Below, one piece after another: positions 1-11,435 of a DNA stretch of 64,000 nt. The DNA lies in NCBI RefSeq assembly GCF_030684315.1, contig NC_081383.1, positions 44,655,912-44,719,911 of the forward strand. Reading direction: 5' to 3'. Source of the DNA: Stegostoma tigrinum. Taxonomy: Eukaryota. Both the position numbers and the translations under genes were made by a program. The notes under the pieces were generated by a model, which worked only from the letters and a program-made list of their open reading frames with translations, was not told where the DNA came from and did no database searches. Each line of letters opens with the position of its first letter. Within the stretch, counting starts at the first letter, position 1.

Positions 1-215
1 AGTATTCCCAGCTTCTAGCCTGCTCTTGTAGCCACTCTGTTAATGTGGTGAGTCCAGTTCAGTTTCTGGTCAATGATAACACCCAGGATATTGATAGTGC
101 AGGATTCAGTGATGGTAACACCATTGAATGTCAAAGGGCAATGGCTAGATTGTCTTTTATTGGTGATGATCATAGCCTGGCATTTGTGAGGCACGAATGT
201 CACTTGCCACTTGTC
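1..215 (-). mobile_element. L2/CR1-group LINE RT C-terminal fragment
   Basis: Minus ORF FVPHKCQAMII...INILGVIIDQKLNWTHHINRVATRAG is typical of the post-RT region. Same family occurs at 27580-28205. Confidence 0.8.
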
Positions 216-233
216 GATCCAAGCTTAGAAATT

Positions 234-2070
234 GTGAGGGTGGAGTGTTGGGGGGGTACAGTGTGTGTGTGAGTGTGGTGTGTTGGATGGGGTACAGTGT
301 GTGTGAGGGTGGGATTGTTGGATGGGGTACAGTGTGTGTGAGGGTGGGGTGTTGGATGGGGTACACTGTACGTGTGAGGGTGGGGTGTTGGATGGGGTAC
401 AGTGTGTGTGTGAGGGTGGGGTGTTGGATGGGGTACAGTGTGTGTGTGAGGGTGGGGGTGTTGGATGGGGTACAGTGTGTGTGAGGGTGGGGGAGTTGGA
501 TGGGGTACAGTGTGTGTGTGTGAGGGTGGGGGTGTTGGATGGGATACAGTGTGTGTGTGAGGGTGGGGTGTTGGATGGGGTACAGTGTGTGTGTGAGGGT
601 GGGGGTGTTGGATGGGGTACAGTGTGAGTGTGAGTGTGGGGAGTTGGATGGGGTACAGTGTGTGTTTGAGGGTGGGGTGTTGGATGGGGTACAGTGTGTG
701 TGTGAGGGTGGGGAGTTGGATGGGGTACAGTGTGTGTGTGAGAGTGGGGAGTTGGATGGGGAACATTTTGTGCGTGTGAGGGTAGGGTTGTTGGATGGGG
801 TACAGTGTGTGTGTGAGGGTAGGGTTGTTGGATGGGGTACAGTGTGTGTGTGAGGGTGGGGAGTTGGATGGGGTACAGTGTGTGTGTGAGGGCGGGGAGT
901 TGGATGGGGTACACTGTGTGTGAGGGTGGGGAGTTGGATGGGGTACAGTGTGAGTGTGAGGGTGGGGAGTTGGATGGAGAACAGTGTGCGTGTGAGGGTG
1001 GGGTTGTTGGATGGGGTACAGTGTGAGTGTGAGGGTGGGGTGTTGGATGGGGTACAGTGTGTGTGTAAGGGTGGGGTGTTGGATGGGGTACAGTGTGCGT
1101 GAGGGTGGAGTGTTGGGGGGGTACAGTGTGTGTGTGAGCGTGGTGTGTTGGATGGGGTGCAGTGTGTGTGAGGGTGGGATTGTTGGATGGGGTACAGTGT
1201 GTGTGACTGTGGGGTGTTGGATGGGGTACACTGTACGTGTGAGGGTGGGGTGTTGGATGGGGTACAGTGTGTGTGTGAGGGTGGGGATGTTGGATGGGGT
1301 ACAGTGTGTGTGAGGGTGGGGGAGTTGGATGGGGTACAGTGTGTGTGTGTGAGGGTGGGGGTGTTGGATGGGATACAGTGTGTGTGTGAGTGTGGGGAGT
1401 TGGATGGGGTACAGTGTGTGTTTGAGGGTGGGGTGCTGGATGGGGTACAGTGTGTGTGTGAGGGTGGGGAGTTGGATGGGGTATAGTGTGTGTGTGAGAG
1501 TGGGGAGTTGGATGGGGTACAGTGTGTGTGTGAGGGTGGGGAGTTGGATGGGGTACAGTGTGTGTGTGAGAGTGGGGAGTTGGATGGGGTACATTGTGTG
1601 GTTGTGAGGGTGGGGAGTTGGATGGGGTACAGTGTGTGGTTGTGAGGGTGGGGGAGTTGGATGGGGTACAGTGTGTGTGTGAGGGTGGGGAGTTGGATGG
1701 GGTACAGTGTGTGTGTCAGAGTGGGGAGTTGGATGGGGTACATTGTGTGGTTGTGAGGGTGGGGTGTTGGATGGGGTACAGTGTGTGGTTGTGAGGGTGG
1801 GGGAGTTGGATGGGGTACAGTGTGTGTGTCAGAGTGGGGAGTTGGATGGGGTACATTGTGTGGTTGTGAGGGTGGGGTGTTGGATGGGGTACAGTGTGTG
1901 GTTGTGAGGGTGGGGGAGTTGGATGGGGTACAGTGTGTGTGTGAGGGTGGGGTGTTGGATGGGGTACAGTGTGTGTGTGAGGGTAGGGGAGTTGGATGGG
2001 GTACAGTGTGTGTGTGAGGGTTGGGGAGTTGGATGGGGTACACTGTCTGTGAGGGTGGGCTTGTTGGATG
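234..2070. repeat. G-rich minisatellite, ~33-36 bp unit GTGAGGGTGGGG(T/A)GTTGGATGGGGTACAGTGTGT
   Basis: About 50 directly visible tandem units; explains the long H/T/P-rich ORFs. Confidence 0.97.
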
Positions 2071-2982
2071 TGGTATAGACTGTGCTGGTGCATTCCCTCA
2101 TTCAGTCTGCGTTCTGATAATGGGACAGAGCAGCCAATACCAGCCTCCTGAGGCACCAAGCCCTTTGGTCTTCAGGGTGAGGACCATCTGAAGCGGCAGA
2201 AGGAGATGGTGAGAATAGCTTTCTGGTTTGAATTAGAAGATGTTATGGTCACACATTATTTTAAATTGTACTCGTACTGCTCCGGTAAATGCATTGTGCT
2301 GCTCCAGTGTTTGGAACCAAATGGGCAAGGGGTAAACACTGGAGAAATTATCAACTCAAGGTGTCAACTTAATGTATTGCAGATTGTCTCTGGGGGCTCG
2401 GAGTGTATTGCAGTGTGGGGGGGTCAGGTTTGGAGAGTGTAGGGCTGGTGGGGTGAAGGTGGAGAGGTGAGGGGTTAGGGAAGGCAGGGCCTCTGTAGGT
2501 GTTGGTATGTACAAGTGTTAAAGATGTTAAAACTATCTGTGTGATTGCAGACTTCCTGCTAACCTTGTGAGCTCACACAGACCGCAAAGTGAGATTTACA
2601 CACTCTGGGTAGGGTACAGAGCGGAATAGAGAGCCATGGAGGAGTTAACTGGACTATTTGCACAGCTCCTGAGCTCAATAATTTGATGTTATATGTGTTT
2701 ATGATGACGCTCAAGCACATATCAACACAAGCACAGAGATACAGCAATACAAGCATCAAACATCAACACACGCTGCCTGGTTATATAACACCCATAATGA
2801 AGAGAGTGGGTGCTAAACACACGATACAACAGCTCCTTCTGACTATTTACTCATGTGTGCATACAAACACAGATCAACCGCACTGTCAGGAGCACATTCT
2901 ACTCGCAATGAGAAGTTCATGGACTCAAGACCCACGACAGAAATCAAGGAAACCAGTTGTGGAGACCTCACGATGAGAGAGG

Positions 2983-3230
2983 CTCAGTGCTGGGGGAGCA
3001 GGCACTGTCAGAGGGTCAGTGCTGTGGGAGCAGGCACAGTTGGAGGGTCAGCACTGAGGGAGTGTCGCACTGTCAGAGGGTCAGCACTGAGGGACCGCCG
3101 CACTGTCGGACGGTCAGTGCTGGGGGAGCGCCGCACTGTCGGAGGGTCAGTACTGAGGGAGAACTGCACTGTCCAAGGGCCAGTGCTAAGGCAGTGGGCA
3201 CTGTTGGAGTGTCAGCGCTGAGGGAGTGTT
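2983..3230. repeat. ~32 bp minisatellite (CGCACTGTCGGAGGGTCAGTGCTGAGGGAG-like)
   Basis: About 7-8 degenerate tandem units, each containing gcactg...cagtgc. Confidence 0.85.
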
Positions 3231-3707
3231 GCGTTGTTGGGGATCTGTACCAAGGGAATGCCACACTGTGGGTTGTAGAGGTGAGATTTATGTGCTGGCT
3301 TGGGCAAATGATGAGATGGTGCTGCACTATTTTGAAGCTGAGTTACTGAGGTACTCAGTTCTTGTCTTCATCTGTCTGTGTCTGAAAATCTGGTCACCAA
3401 TATTTGGGCATTTGTATGACTTTGTGATGAGCAATTGATACAGCCGCAAACTCTCTTGACTGTGTTCCCTGAGGTGCCCCTTGTTTGATGAAGGATGGAC
3501 TGCTACAGCAGAACCGGGTAGGACAAAGTGACTACAGCTCAGACAGTGAGAGAAGTTATTAAGAGAGCAATGTGGAGATGTTTAGAGAAGCAATTCAAAT
3601 AGATACTATGCCTATAGAAGTAGCTGGTTTGGACATGGGATAATTAATAACAGTCAGGATCAAACCAATGCCAAATGTTTTGAAGGGGAAGGCAAACAGA
3701 GATAACG

Positions 3708-4018
3708 TAGAATCACAGAATCCCTGACAGTGTGGAAACAGGCCCTTTGGCCAAACAAGTCCACACCGACACACAGAGTATCCCACCCAGAACCATCCCC
3801 CTAATCTACGTATCCCTGAACACTACGGGCAATCTAGCATGGCCAATCCATTTAGCCTGCACATCTTTGAACTGTGGGAGGAAACTGGAGCACCTGGAGG
3901 AAACCCATGCAGAAGCAGGGAGAATGTGCAAATTCCACACAAACAGTCACCTGAGTGTGGAATCGAACCATGGGTCCCAGGCGCTGTGAGGCAGCAGTGC
4001 TAACCACTGGGCCACCGT
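3708..4018 (-). mobile_element. HE1-type shark tRNA-derived SINE
   Basis: Minus strand starts ggtggcccagtggttagcactgctgcctcacagcgcc (A box) with ggttcgattcc (B box) and has a CR1-like 3' tail; several homologous copies in the window. Confidence 0.9.
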
Positions 4019-4794
4019 TTTCAGCAATAGATTAGCAGTGAGGATAATTGGTCAGCAGTTAGTGTGTGTAGGGTGGAGGGAGCAGTAGGTGGCTCTCATA
4101 GACACAGTGAGCTTGCAGGGGAATGGGATTGCATTGCACAGATACAAGAGATTTGTGACAGGGCAAGGGACCATCTTGGGACAATTTTGGTTTGGGGTGT
4201 CTGGAGACTGTTCTTCATGTGTTGGAGCTGATCTTGGATGGGCAAGAGATGGTGAAGGATTTAAGAGATTGTTTGTTGTGACAAAAACAAGCCTGAGATT
4301 CTTTGGTGTTCCAGGCCAAAGCTTGTGTTCTATTTGATGTAAATGCAGAATGACAGTATTCCAACTATGCAATACAACATTTACTAACACTTGTGCATTG
4401 TCAAGCTCCTTTGATGGCTCAGTTCAGCTGGTAAATGCAATACACAATGTGATGTAAAATCAAGTTGATGTAACTTTGGTTAGCATTGGGGAGCAGTAGT
4501 TAGTTTCTCTGACTCTGTATTAGCCATTGTGAGAAGCCAGCGGCCTATGGTTATCCCTTGGTCCCTGTTGGAAGGGTGGAATAGGAGATTGTCCTGATTT
4601 CCACTTGAATAAAAAAGTTATTTCATGCCTGGTTTTGGGAGAGGAGAATAGGTCTACTTGCTGTGGCCTGGTTAGATCTGTTAATGAACATATTGTACAC
4701 TATGTTGTATTGTACACCATATTTGTTTAAATCAGTATCCTCCTTGGGTAATAAGGCGGCAAGACGGGAATGTAGCAGGAGGAACAGACAAGGT

Positions 4795-4828
<34 letters not shown>
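4795..4828. repeat. (GA)n microsatellite
   Basis: Directly visible. Confidence 0.95.
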
Positions 4829-5404
4829 TGGGAAGTCAGGGCATTAAATATCGATGAGTTGTGCCGAGTAAAGTGCAGATTTGCCTCCTGCATAAAGCAA
4901 AGTAATGATCTGAATCAAAAGGCGGGACATATCAGTGCAGTGAGAGACTGCAAAGGCCTAGCTGTGATTGTAAAGGTTCCTCAGGAAGCTGTCAATCATT
5001 CCCAGTAAAGGAGCCACAGCATGGATCCTAAAAATTTCCATAAACATCCCACAAATGAAAGTCCCGCATGGCACTTACTGAACTTATAACGACCAGGGTT
5101 TATTCGGGAGCTGACATGAGGATCTACTGTGTTTCTAGAGTCAGAACCAACAATTAAAAAGCTGGAAAATTGTGTAAATTCAGGAAATACAGAATGATTT
5201 TCCTGCATTTGGTAGTAACATGGCAACTACAGAACACAATGTATTATATAAACACATAACACATTATTGTAGTATGTTATTATATACTATGATTACTTTG
5301 TTCATACAGCCTGAGATTTCATCCACGTCTCTTATTGGATTGCTCTTTGTGAATCACTTGATCCATTATGTGGATTACATGATCCTGATCATATTTCACC
5401 AGTT

Positions 5405-6103
5405 GATGTTCAAAAAGAATGGGTACCCTATAAACGCAGTCCGCCGATTCCTCAGCAATAAACCCAAACAAACAGACAAAATGGGCTCAGAAACCATAAC
5501 CACTCTCCCCTACATCAAAGACATTTCCGAAATGACTGCCAGACTACTTGCACCTCTTGGCATTAGGGTAGCCCACAAATCCACCAACACACTAAAACAG
5601 CAGCTAATGAACTTAAAAGACCCTATACAGACAACAAGCAAAACGAACGTCATCTACAAAATACCTTGCAAGAACTGTGACAAACACTACATTGGACAAA
5701 CAGGCAGAAAAAGCTAGCCACCAGGATACATGAACATCAAGCCACAAAACGACATGACCCACTGTCACTTGTATCCTTACATACAGATGAGGAAGGACAC
5801 CGCTTTGATTGGGACAACACATCCATCCTAGGACAAGACAAACAGAGACATGCACGAGAATTCCTAGAAGCATGGCATTCCAACCGGAACTCCATCAACA
5901 AACACATTGACTTGGAGCCAATCTACCATCCCCTGAGAAAAAGAACAGGAAATGACATCACCAACCCCAGGAAACCTAACCAGATAAATAGAAAGTGGGA
6001 CATAACACCAGCGCTTCGTCGGAGGCTCACTGATGATGTTACCTAGAATGGTAACGAAACGTCTGAAAACTAACCTTCCAGCTCAGCGAGCAAACTCACA
6101 TCC
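5405..6103 (+). mobile_element. Penelope-like element 3' part (GIY-YIG endonuclease and pLTR), family A
   Basis: TNVIYKIPCKNCDKHYIGQTGRK is a GIY-YIG motif; frameshifted; ends in a pLTR with a hammerhead motif. Confidence 0.9.
6021..6079 (+). ncRNA. Minimal type I hammerhead ribozyme motif in PLE pLTR
   Basis: CTGATGA (6030-6036), stem II gttacc/ggtaac, GAAA (6056-6059), CGTC cleavage context; stem I tca/tga extended by ggagg/ccttcc. Confidence 0.75.
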
Positions 6104-6254
6104 TGAGCAAGGGTTGCTCGACCTGAAATGTTAACTCTAATTTCTCTCCATTGATGCTGCCAGTCTGCTAAGCTTTTTTTTGGTTTTGGTTTTTGGTTCC
6201 AAATCATAACAATCAATATTTTTCCCCTTGTTTTGCTGCTCAGCTCAGACTTCT

Positions 6255-6580
6255 GGTCGGAACTGTGGATCCTCCAGTCAGAGTGCAGATTCCCCAGTGA
6301 GAGTCTAGATACTCAACAGTAAGAACAAACCTTTCATTGATAGGTTAGTCCTTCTAGCGAGGGAGTGGATATTCCTGTCAGAGACCAGAGCCTGAAGTGA
6401 AAGGCTAAATATTCCAGTGAGAGTGTGGGTCCACCAGTGAGAGACCAGATCCTCAAGACAGAAAGTGGCTCCTCCAGTCAGAAAATAGATTCTCCAGTCA
6501 GACACTGGATCCTCCAGTAAGAGAGCAGATCTTCCACTAACTGGACCTTCTATTCTCCTCTGATGAGAAATGGAATCCTG
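6255..6580. repeat. Degenerate ~20-21 bp tandem repeat (GGATCCTCCAGTCAGAG-like)
   Basis: Recurring tcctccagtcaga/tccagtgagag units. Confidence 0.7.
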
Positions 6581-7717
6581 CAATGAGAAGCCAGCCCCAC
6601 CTTTTCTCTATTGTGTCTAACCTCGTAGAATTGTCTGCACCTTCCTGGGGTTGCTTGTTTGCTGTCCTGTCATATATTGCTAACCTAGCCAGCAGCAGCC
6701 GATGGTTGGGGGCAGAGTGACCGCTACCAACCCTCTTTTCTACACTGGGTACAAGGGTTTGTCTAATTAGTTGTGGTAGAGTATTGCTTAAAAAAGACGC
6801 TTCTGGTCTCATGCCCATCAGGACAATACTTGGCAGTTAACTATCAGTCATCATTAACTGTTGCATTTTCCAAGACAATATATCTACTGGTCAGAGTCCA
6901 CTTGCCAAACACTCTCTTCTCATGTTATAAACATTGTTTTCCTTTCACTTTGGTATTTCCTGCAAATTGACCTGATGAGTAAAAGACCAAAGTTTCAATA
7001 AAATATATCTTTTCTCAATAATACAGATTTGGTATTATGGCAACTTAGTGAGTCCTAACAAGAAGAGGAACTTGCCTGAATGACGAGATGCTATCTACTA
7101 CATGATAACAATGGGTACATATTCTGTTGACTAGCACCATTGCAGAGACTATCAGGAGCCCAGATTGACACATCTGTCTCTTTCGGAGCCCTGTGCTGCA
7201 ATGCTTCCTCTCAATCCAAAGGCTGTATGACATTATTTGATTGAGTGGAGATTAATGTAGCTTCCTCAGTAACACTTTCAAAATCATGACCTTCTATAAC
7301 AAGCACTGACCCAGGAGTGCAGTACTTTGCAGAAACTTTTGTGCTTTCTGGCTCCAACCACCTTAATTAACAATTCTACCCTCAGACCTGCCTGAGGAGA
7401 TAGACCGAGTGACCTGAAATTTCAGTGCATTGGCACTTTCAGCAATCTTAGATTTTGGAGCGTGGCTAGTCCCAGGGAAATGTCCACCCTTAAAACATTT
7501 CACATCTTAGCTCCACTCTGCTTTCTCAACTCCGTCCCTTAATATTTTATCCTTCAGGAGACTTTGGCTTTCTTAGGTGATATGTTTTTCAAAGTGTTCA
7601 GAACACTGCAAATAAGAGTGACCATTCAGCCCTTGAGTCTGCTATCATAGTCCAAATCACCACAATTGATCTTCTTCCTCCAATCCACATTCCTACCTAC
7701 TCTCCATATCCCTTAGT

Positions 7718-8520
7718 TTGATTTGGCTTGATTTTGATTTATTATTATTGTCACATGTACCCAGGTACAGTGAAAAGTTATGTTTTGTGTGCAGTACAGA
7801 CAGATCATACAAGACTGAATATTTCAAATTGAACAGAGTGAGGAATACAGCTGCAGAGAAGGTGCACAAAAAATGCACAAGATCAATATCAGATTTGAAA
7901 TTTGAAAGATCCATTCAGAAGTCAAATTACAGCAGAGAAGAAGCTGTTCTTGAATCTGTTGGTACGTGTGTTTAAGCCTTTGTATTTTCTGCCTTACGGA
8001 AGAGGTTGGAAAAGATTATAACTGAGGTGGGAATGGCCTTTGATGATGTTGGCTGCCCTTCTGAGGCAGTGAGAAGTGTAAATGGAGTCAATGGATGGAA
8101 GGTTGGTTTGTATGACGGACTGGGCTGTGTTCACAACTCTCTGTAGTTTCTTATAGTCCTGGGCAGAGCAGTTACTGTACAAAGCCGTGAGGTATTCAGA
8201 TAGAATGCTTTGTATGGTGTGTCTGTAAAAGTTGGTGAAGGTCTTTATGGAGATGCTGAATTTCCTTAGCCTCCTGAGAAAGAAGAGGCGTTGTTGAGTC
8301 TTCTTGAGTGCCATATCAATGTGAGTGCTCCAAGACAGATTGTTGGTGATCATCACTCCTAGGAACTTTACATCCTTGACCATCTCCACCTCGGCTCCAT
8401 TGATGTAGATAGGGGTGTGTCCTCCTCCGTGCTTCCTGAAGTCAATGACCAGCTGTTTAGTTTTGCTGACGTTGAGGGAAAGAGTGTTAACTTTACACCA
8501 TACCACTGAGCACTCTGTCT
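7718..8520 (-). mobile_element. Rex1/Babar-like LINE 3' fragment
   Basis: Minus ORF WCKVNTLSLNVSKTKQLVIDFRK...FLGVMITNNLSWSTH...QQRLFFLRRLRKF; short (ATCAA)n-like tail at the low-coordinate end. Confidence 0.85.
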
Positions 8521-8904
8521 CGGATCTTGCTGGTACTCAAAAACTCTAACAATGCCTAACTTGACCACACTCAGGGTCTGGGCATTCATGTCTCCCTGGG
8601 CTAGAGAATTCTAAAGATTCACACATCGAGTAGAGAAATATTCCCTCATCTCAGCCGCAAAAGACAGAATTTTGTGTAAATTCGGTGTCTTTCTCAGCAC
8701 GAAGATGGCAAAAACACCTTGCAACCAGTTAAATACATTTTAAGTACAGTTACTGCTGAGCTGTATGCAAAATAGTTGCCAATTTTGATGCAGGAAGAGC
8801 CCACAAATAACATTGAAAAGTAATGGAAATACAGCACTTTTTGGGTCCGTCCTTGGCAACAGCATTGGAGGGTGGGTGGGCGGCGTTGGTGGTGGAGGGG
8901 GGGC

Positions 8905-9190
8905 ACGGGTGTCAAAAACTAGAAGGCATAGGTTTAAGGTGAGAGATACAAAAGGATACATGAGGGACATTTTTTTTCACACAGAAGGTGGTAAGTGTTT
9001 GGAGCAGGTTGCCAGAGATAGCGGTGGACGCAAGTACAATTTTGTCATTTAAGAAACATTTACACAGGTACATGGGTGGGTTAGGTGCAGAGAGATATGG
9101 ACCAAATGCAGGCAACTGGGACTCGATTAGTTGAGAAAACTGGGCAGTATGGACAACTGAAAGACCTGTTTTCATCCTGTAGACATCGAT
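8905..9190 (+). mobile_element. CR1-type LINE 3' fragment
   Basis: actagaaggcataggtttaaggtgag...acagaaggtggta, the shark CR1 ORF2 end and 3' UTR seen in many copies here. Confidence 0.75.
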
Positions 9191-9499
9191 GATATCACTT
9201 TCAGGTCAGCCCAAGGCCTCCCCAGTGTACACCAGGCTCAATTTTAACTCTACCCAGTGCAACAAGCTGAAACAACCAGGTCAGAAGAGAAAGAAATAGA
9301 GACAAAAACACCCCCCAATTTGATTGAAAACATTTAAAGTTTTCACAAGAATGAGAAAGCGTTTTCATTTTGCCCCAGTTATAATGGATAGTATGTAATT
9401 TGAATAATGACAAATCGAATCTGTGGATTTAACTAACATGTACAAACAAGTAAAACTCAACCAATGAACTCTTTATGAAGGCTGATTATCAACCTCAGG

Positions 9500-9830
9500 A
9501 CTGACTTTCGTTGGAAGTCAGAACTGTACTGATTCACCCTCCCAGCCTCCCGACTACACCCCACCCTCGGGCAGTCAAACAGCGAGATATCGTGCTACCA
9601 CTGCTCCAGTGCAGAGCTCCATACCAATGTTGGGATTGGCTCTCTAAGACACAGACTGTTCCTTTGGCACTGGGTCCAATCCAGGAATGCCAATCCCAAC
9701 AGCACCGTGGGCGCCCCTGCACGCCAAGGGCTGCCTGATTCCAGAGGGGTGCTCACCCTCACCTTCTCAAGGGTTGGCAGGGCACGGATGATAAATTCTG
9801 GTCTTGCCAAAGGCAGCCACATTCCAAAAG
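9500..9830 (+). mobile_element. Degenerate L2-group LINE 3' end
   Basis: ctcaccttctcaaggg...ataaattctggtcttgcca...ccacattcc tail shared with the Deu-SINE 3' ends in this window. Confidence 0.55.
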
Positions 9831-9878
9831 TCCATTTAAAAACCCATGAGGAGATGTGTGTTTCCAGTCAGCACTCAC

Positions 9879-10037
9879 CAATGGCATCCTGGTGATAGAT
9901 GAGGAAAGGGACAGCAGGATTTTCTCCTTGAACATGAAGCTTGATGGGTTCGATGTAGTGCCTGCCTCTCCCTGTTTGGGAAAAACCTTCGAATTGGCGG
10001 CCAATGATTGAGCAATGACAACCAGAAGCTTTGTCAC
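9879..10037 (-). CDS. ADAM10: ADAM10-like, exon 4 (prodomain)
   Basis: ctaccctcag|GTGAC...ATTG|gtgagt; 159 nt, phase 1->1. DKASGCHCSIIGRQFEGFSQTGRGRHYIEPIKLHVQGENPAVPFLIYHQDAI versus ADAM10 [30 protein letters not shown]...VIYHEDDI. Confidence 0.9.
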
Positions 10038-10489
10038 CTGAGGGTAGAAAGCAAATGATCTTAGACTTCTCACGTCTCACAGTGCACCATGATAGATTTC
10101 AGTTATTGCTTATTTCTGCCTAATTTTAAGGAAAAGATTTACCCGTCACTCATCACTCACTTCACAAGCATCCCTTCATGTCACAAAGATAGCAATTAAT
10201 TGCATTTAAACATAAAGATTTACATTGAGTGACTATACAGAGCCTGTCACTACCAGTGTTTATATGCCACACGGGCCTCCTACATCAACCAGCTCCAGCA
10301 GAACTTCCCTCAAATCCTCTCTGAACCTTTTCTAGATGCACTCTAAAATCAATCAGAATTGTTGCTCTCCAAAAAGAGGCCGTTCAGCCCATCGTGGTCC
10401 ACATTGAGCTAACAACGTGACTATCCCAGCTTTTCCTTGTAACTGTGCTCATCCTTCCTTTTCAGATAACGGCCAAATTCCCTTTTATA

Positions 10490-11228
10490 AAATACAAACA
10501 AGGGCAGGACTTATACAATTAATGGTACGGCCTTGGGTAGTGGTACAGGACAGAGACCTAGGGGTTCAGGTACATAATTCTTTAAAATTTGCATCACAAG
10601 GAGACAGAGTGATTAAGAAGGCATTTAGTACACTGGCCTTCATTGCTCATATCTTTGAGTATTGGAGCTGGGGTGGCATGGTGAGGTAGTACAGGATATT
10701 GGTGAGGCCTCTTCTGGTGTATTGCGCGCCGTTCTGGTCATCCTGTTATAGGAAGGGTATTATTAAACTGCAGAGAGTTCACAAAAGATTTACCATGGTG
10801 TTGCTGGGAATGCAGAATTTGAGATATAAAAATAGACTGGAAAGGCTTTTTCAAAGGAGCACAAGAGTTTGAGGGGTAACCCTATTGAAGTTAATAATAA
10901 TGAGGAGTATAGATGAGGTGAATAACAAGGGATTTTCGTTAGGGTAAGGAATTTCAAATCAAGGGGAATATTTTTAAGATGAGAGGGAAAGTTTTAAAAA
11001 GGACTTGAGGGGCAACAATTTTACACAGAAAGTGAGTCATGTGTGGAATGAACAACCAGAGGAAGTGGTTGGTGCAAGTACAGTTACATTTATAAGTTAT
11101 TTAGACAAGTACATGAATAGGAAAGGTTTAGAGAATATGAACCAAGTGGGACTAGTTTAGTTTGGGAACATTGTTGGTGTGAACTAGTTGGATCCAAGGG
11201 TCTGTTTCTGTGCTGTCTGACTCTATGG
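10490..11228 (+). mobile_element. CR1/HER1-type LINE 3' fragment
   Basis: RDLGVQVHNSLK...KKAFSTLAFI; LVRP.L.YC..FWS motif; tail gggtctgtttctgtgctgtctgactctat. Confidence 0.88.
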
Positions 11229-11435
11229 CCTCAACGGGCTCTTGCTCTGCTATTAGTGTATTCTAGATCTGACCCACTAGCTGTATATTATGTCATCTTT
11301 ACTTGATTTGCCAATGACCTTCTGTCTGTGTTCACTGGTTCTCAATCCCACCACCACTGAGAATGGTTTCTCTCTATCTGCTCTGCCCAGGCCTCTCAAG
11401 TTTGTGAGCACATTAATCAAATCTCCTCTCAACCT

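Noticed and set aside
157-2043. 628-aa and 464-aa H/T/P-rich ORFs
   Set aside because: Translations of a stop-poor minisatellite; open in several frames with no domain.
4000-4018. tRNA-like A/B boxes here and at other SINE heads
   Set aside because: They are SINE heads, not complete tRNA cloverleaves.
5079-5161. Exon-like segment on the minus strand (ttttccag...gtaagt) as ADAM10-like exon 5
   Set aside because: Phases fit (1->0), but the required frame has immediate stops and no similarity to ADAM10 exon 5. Exon 5 was not found in the window.
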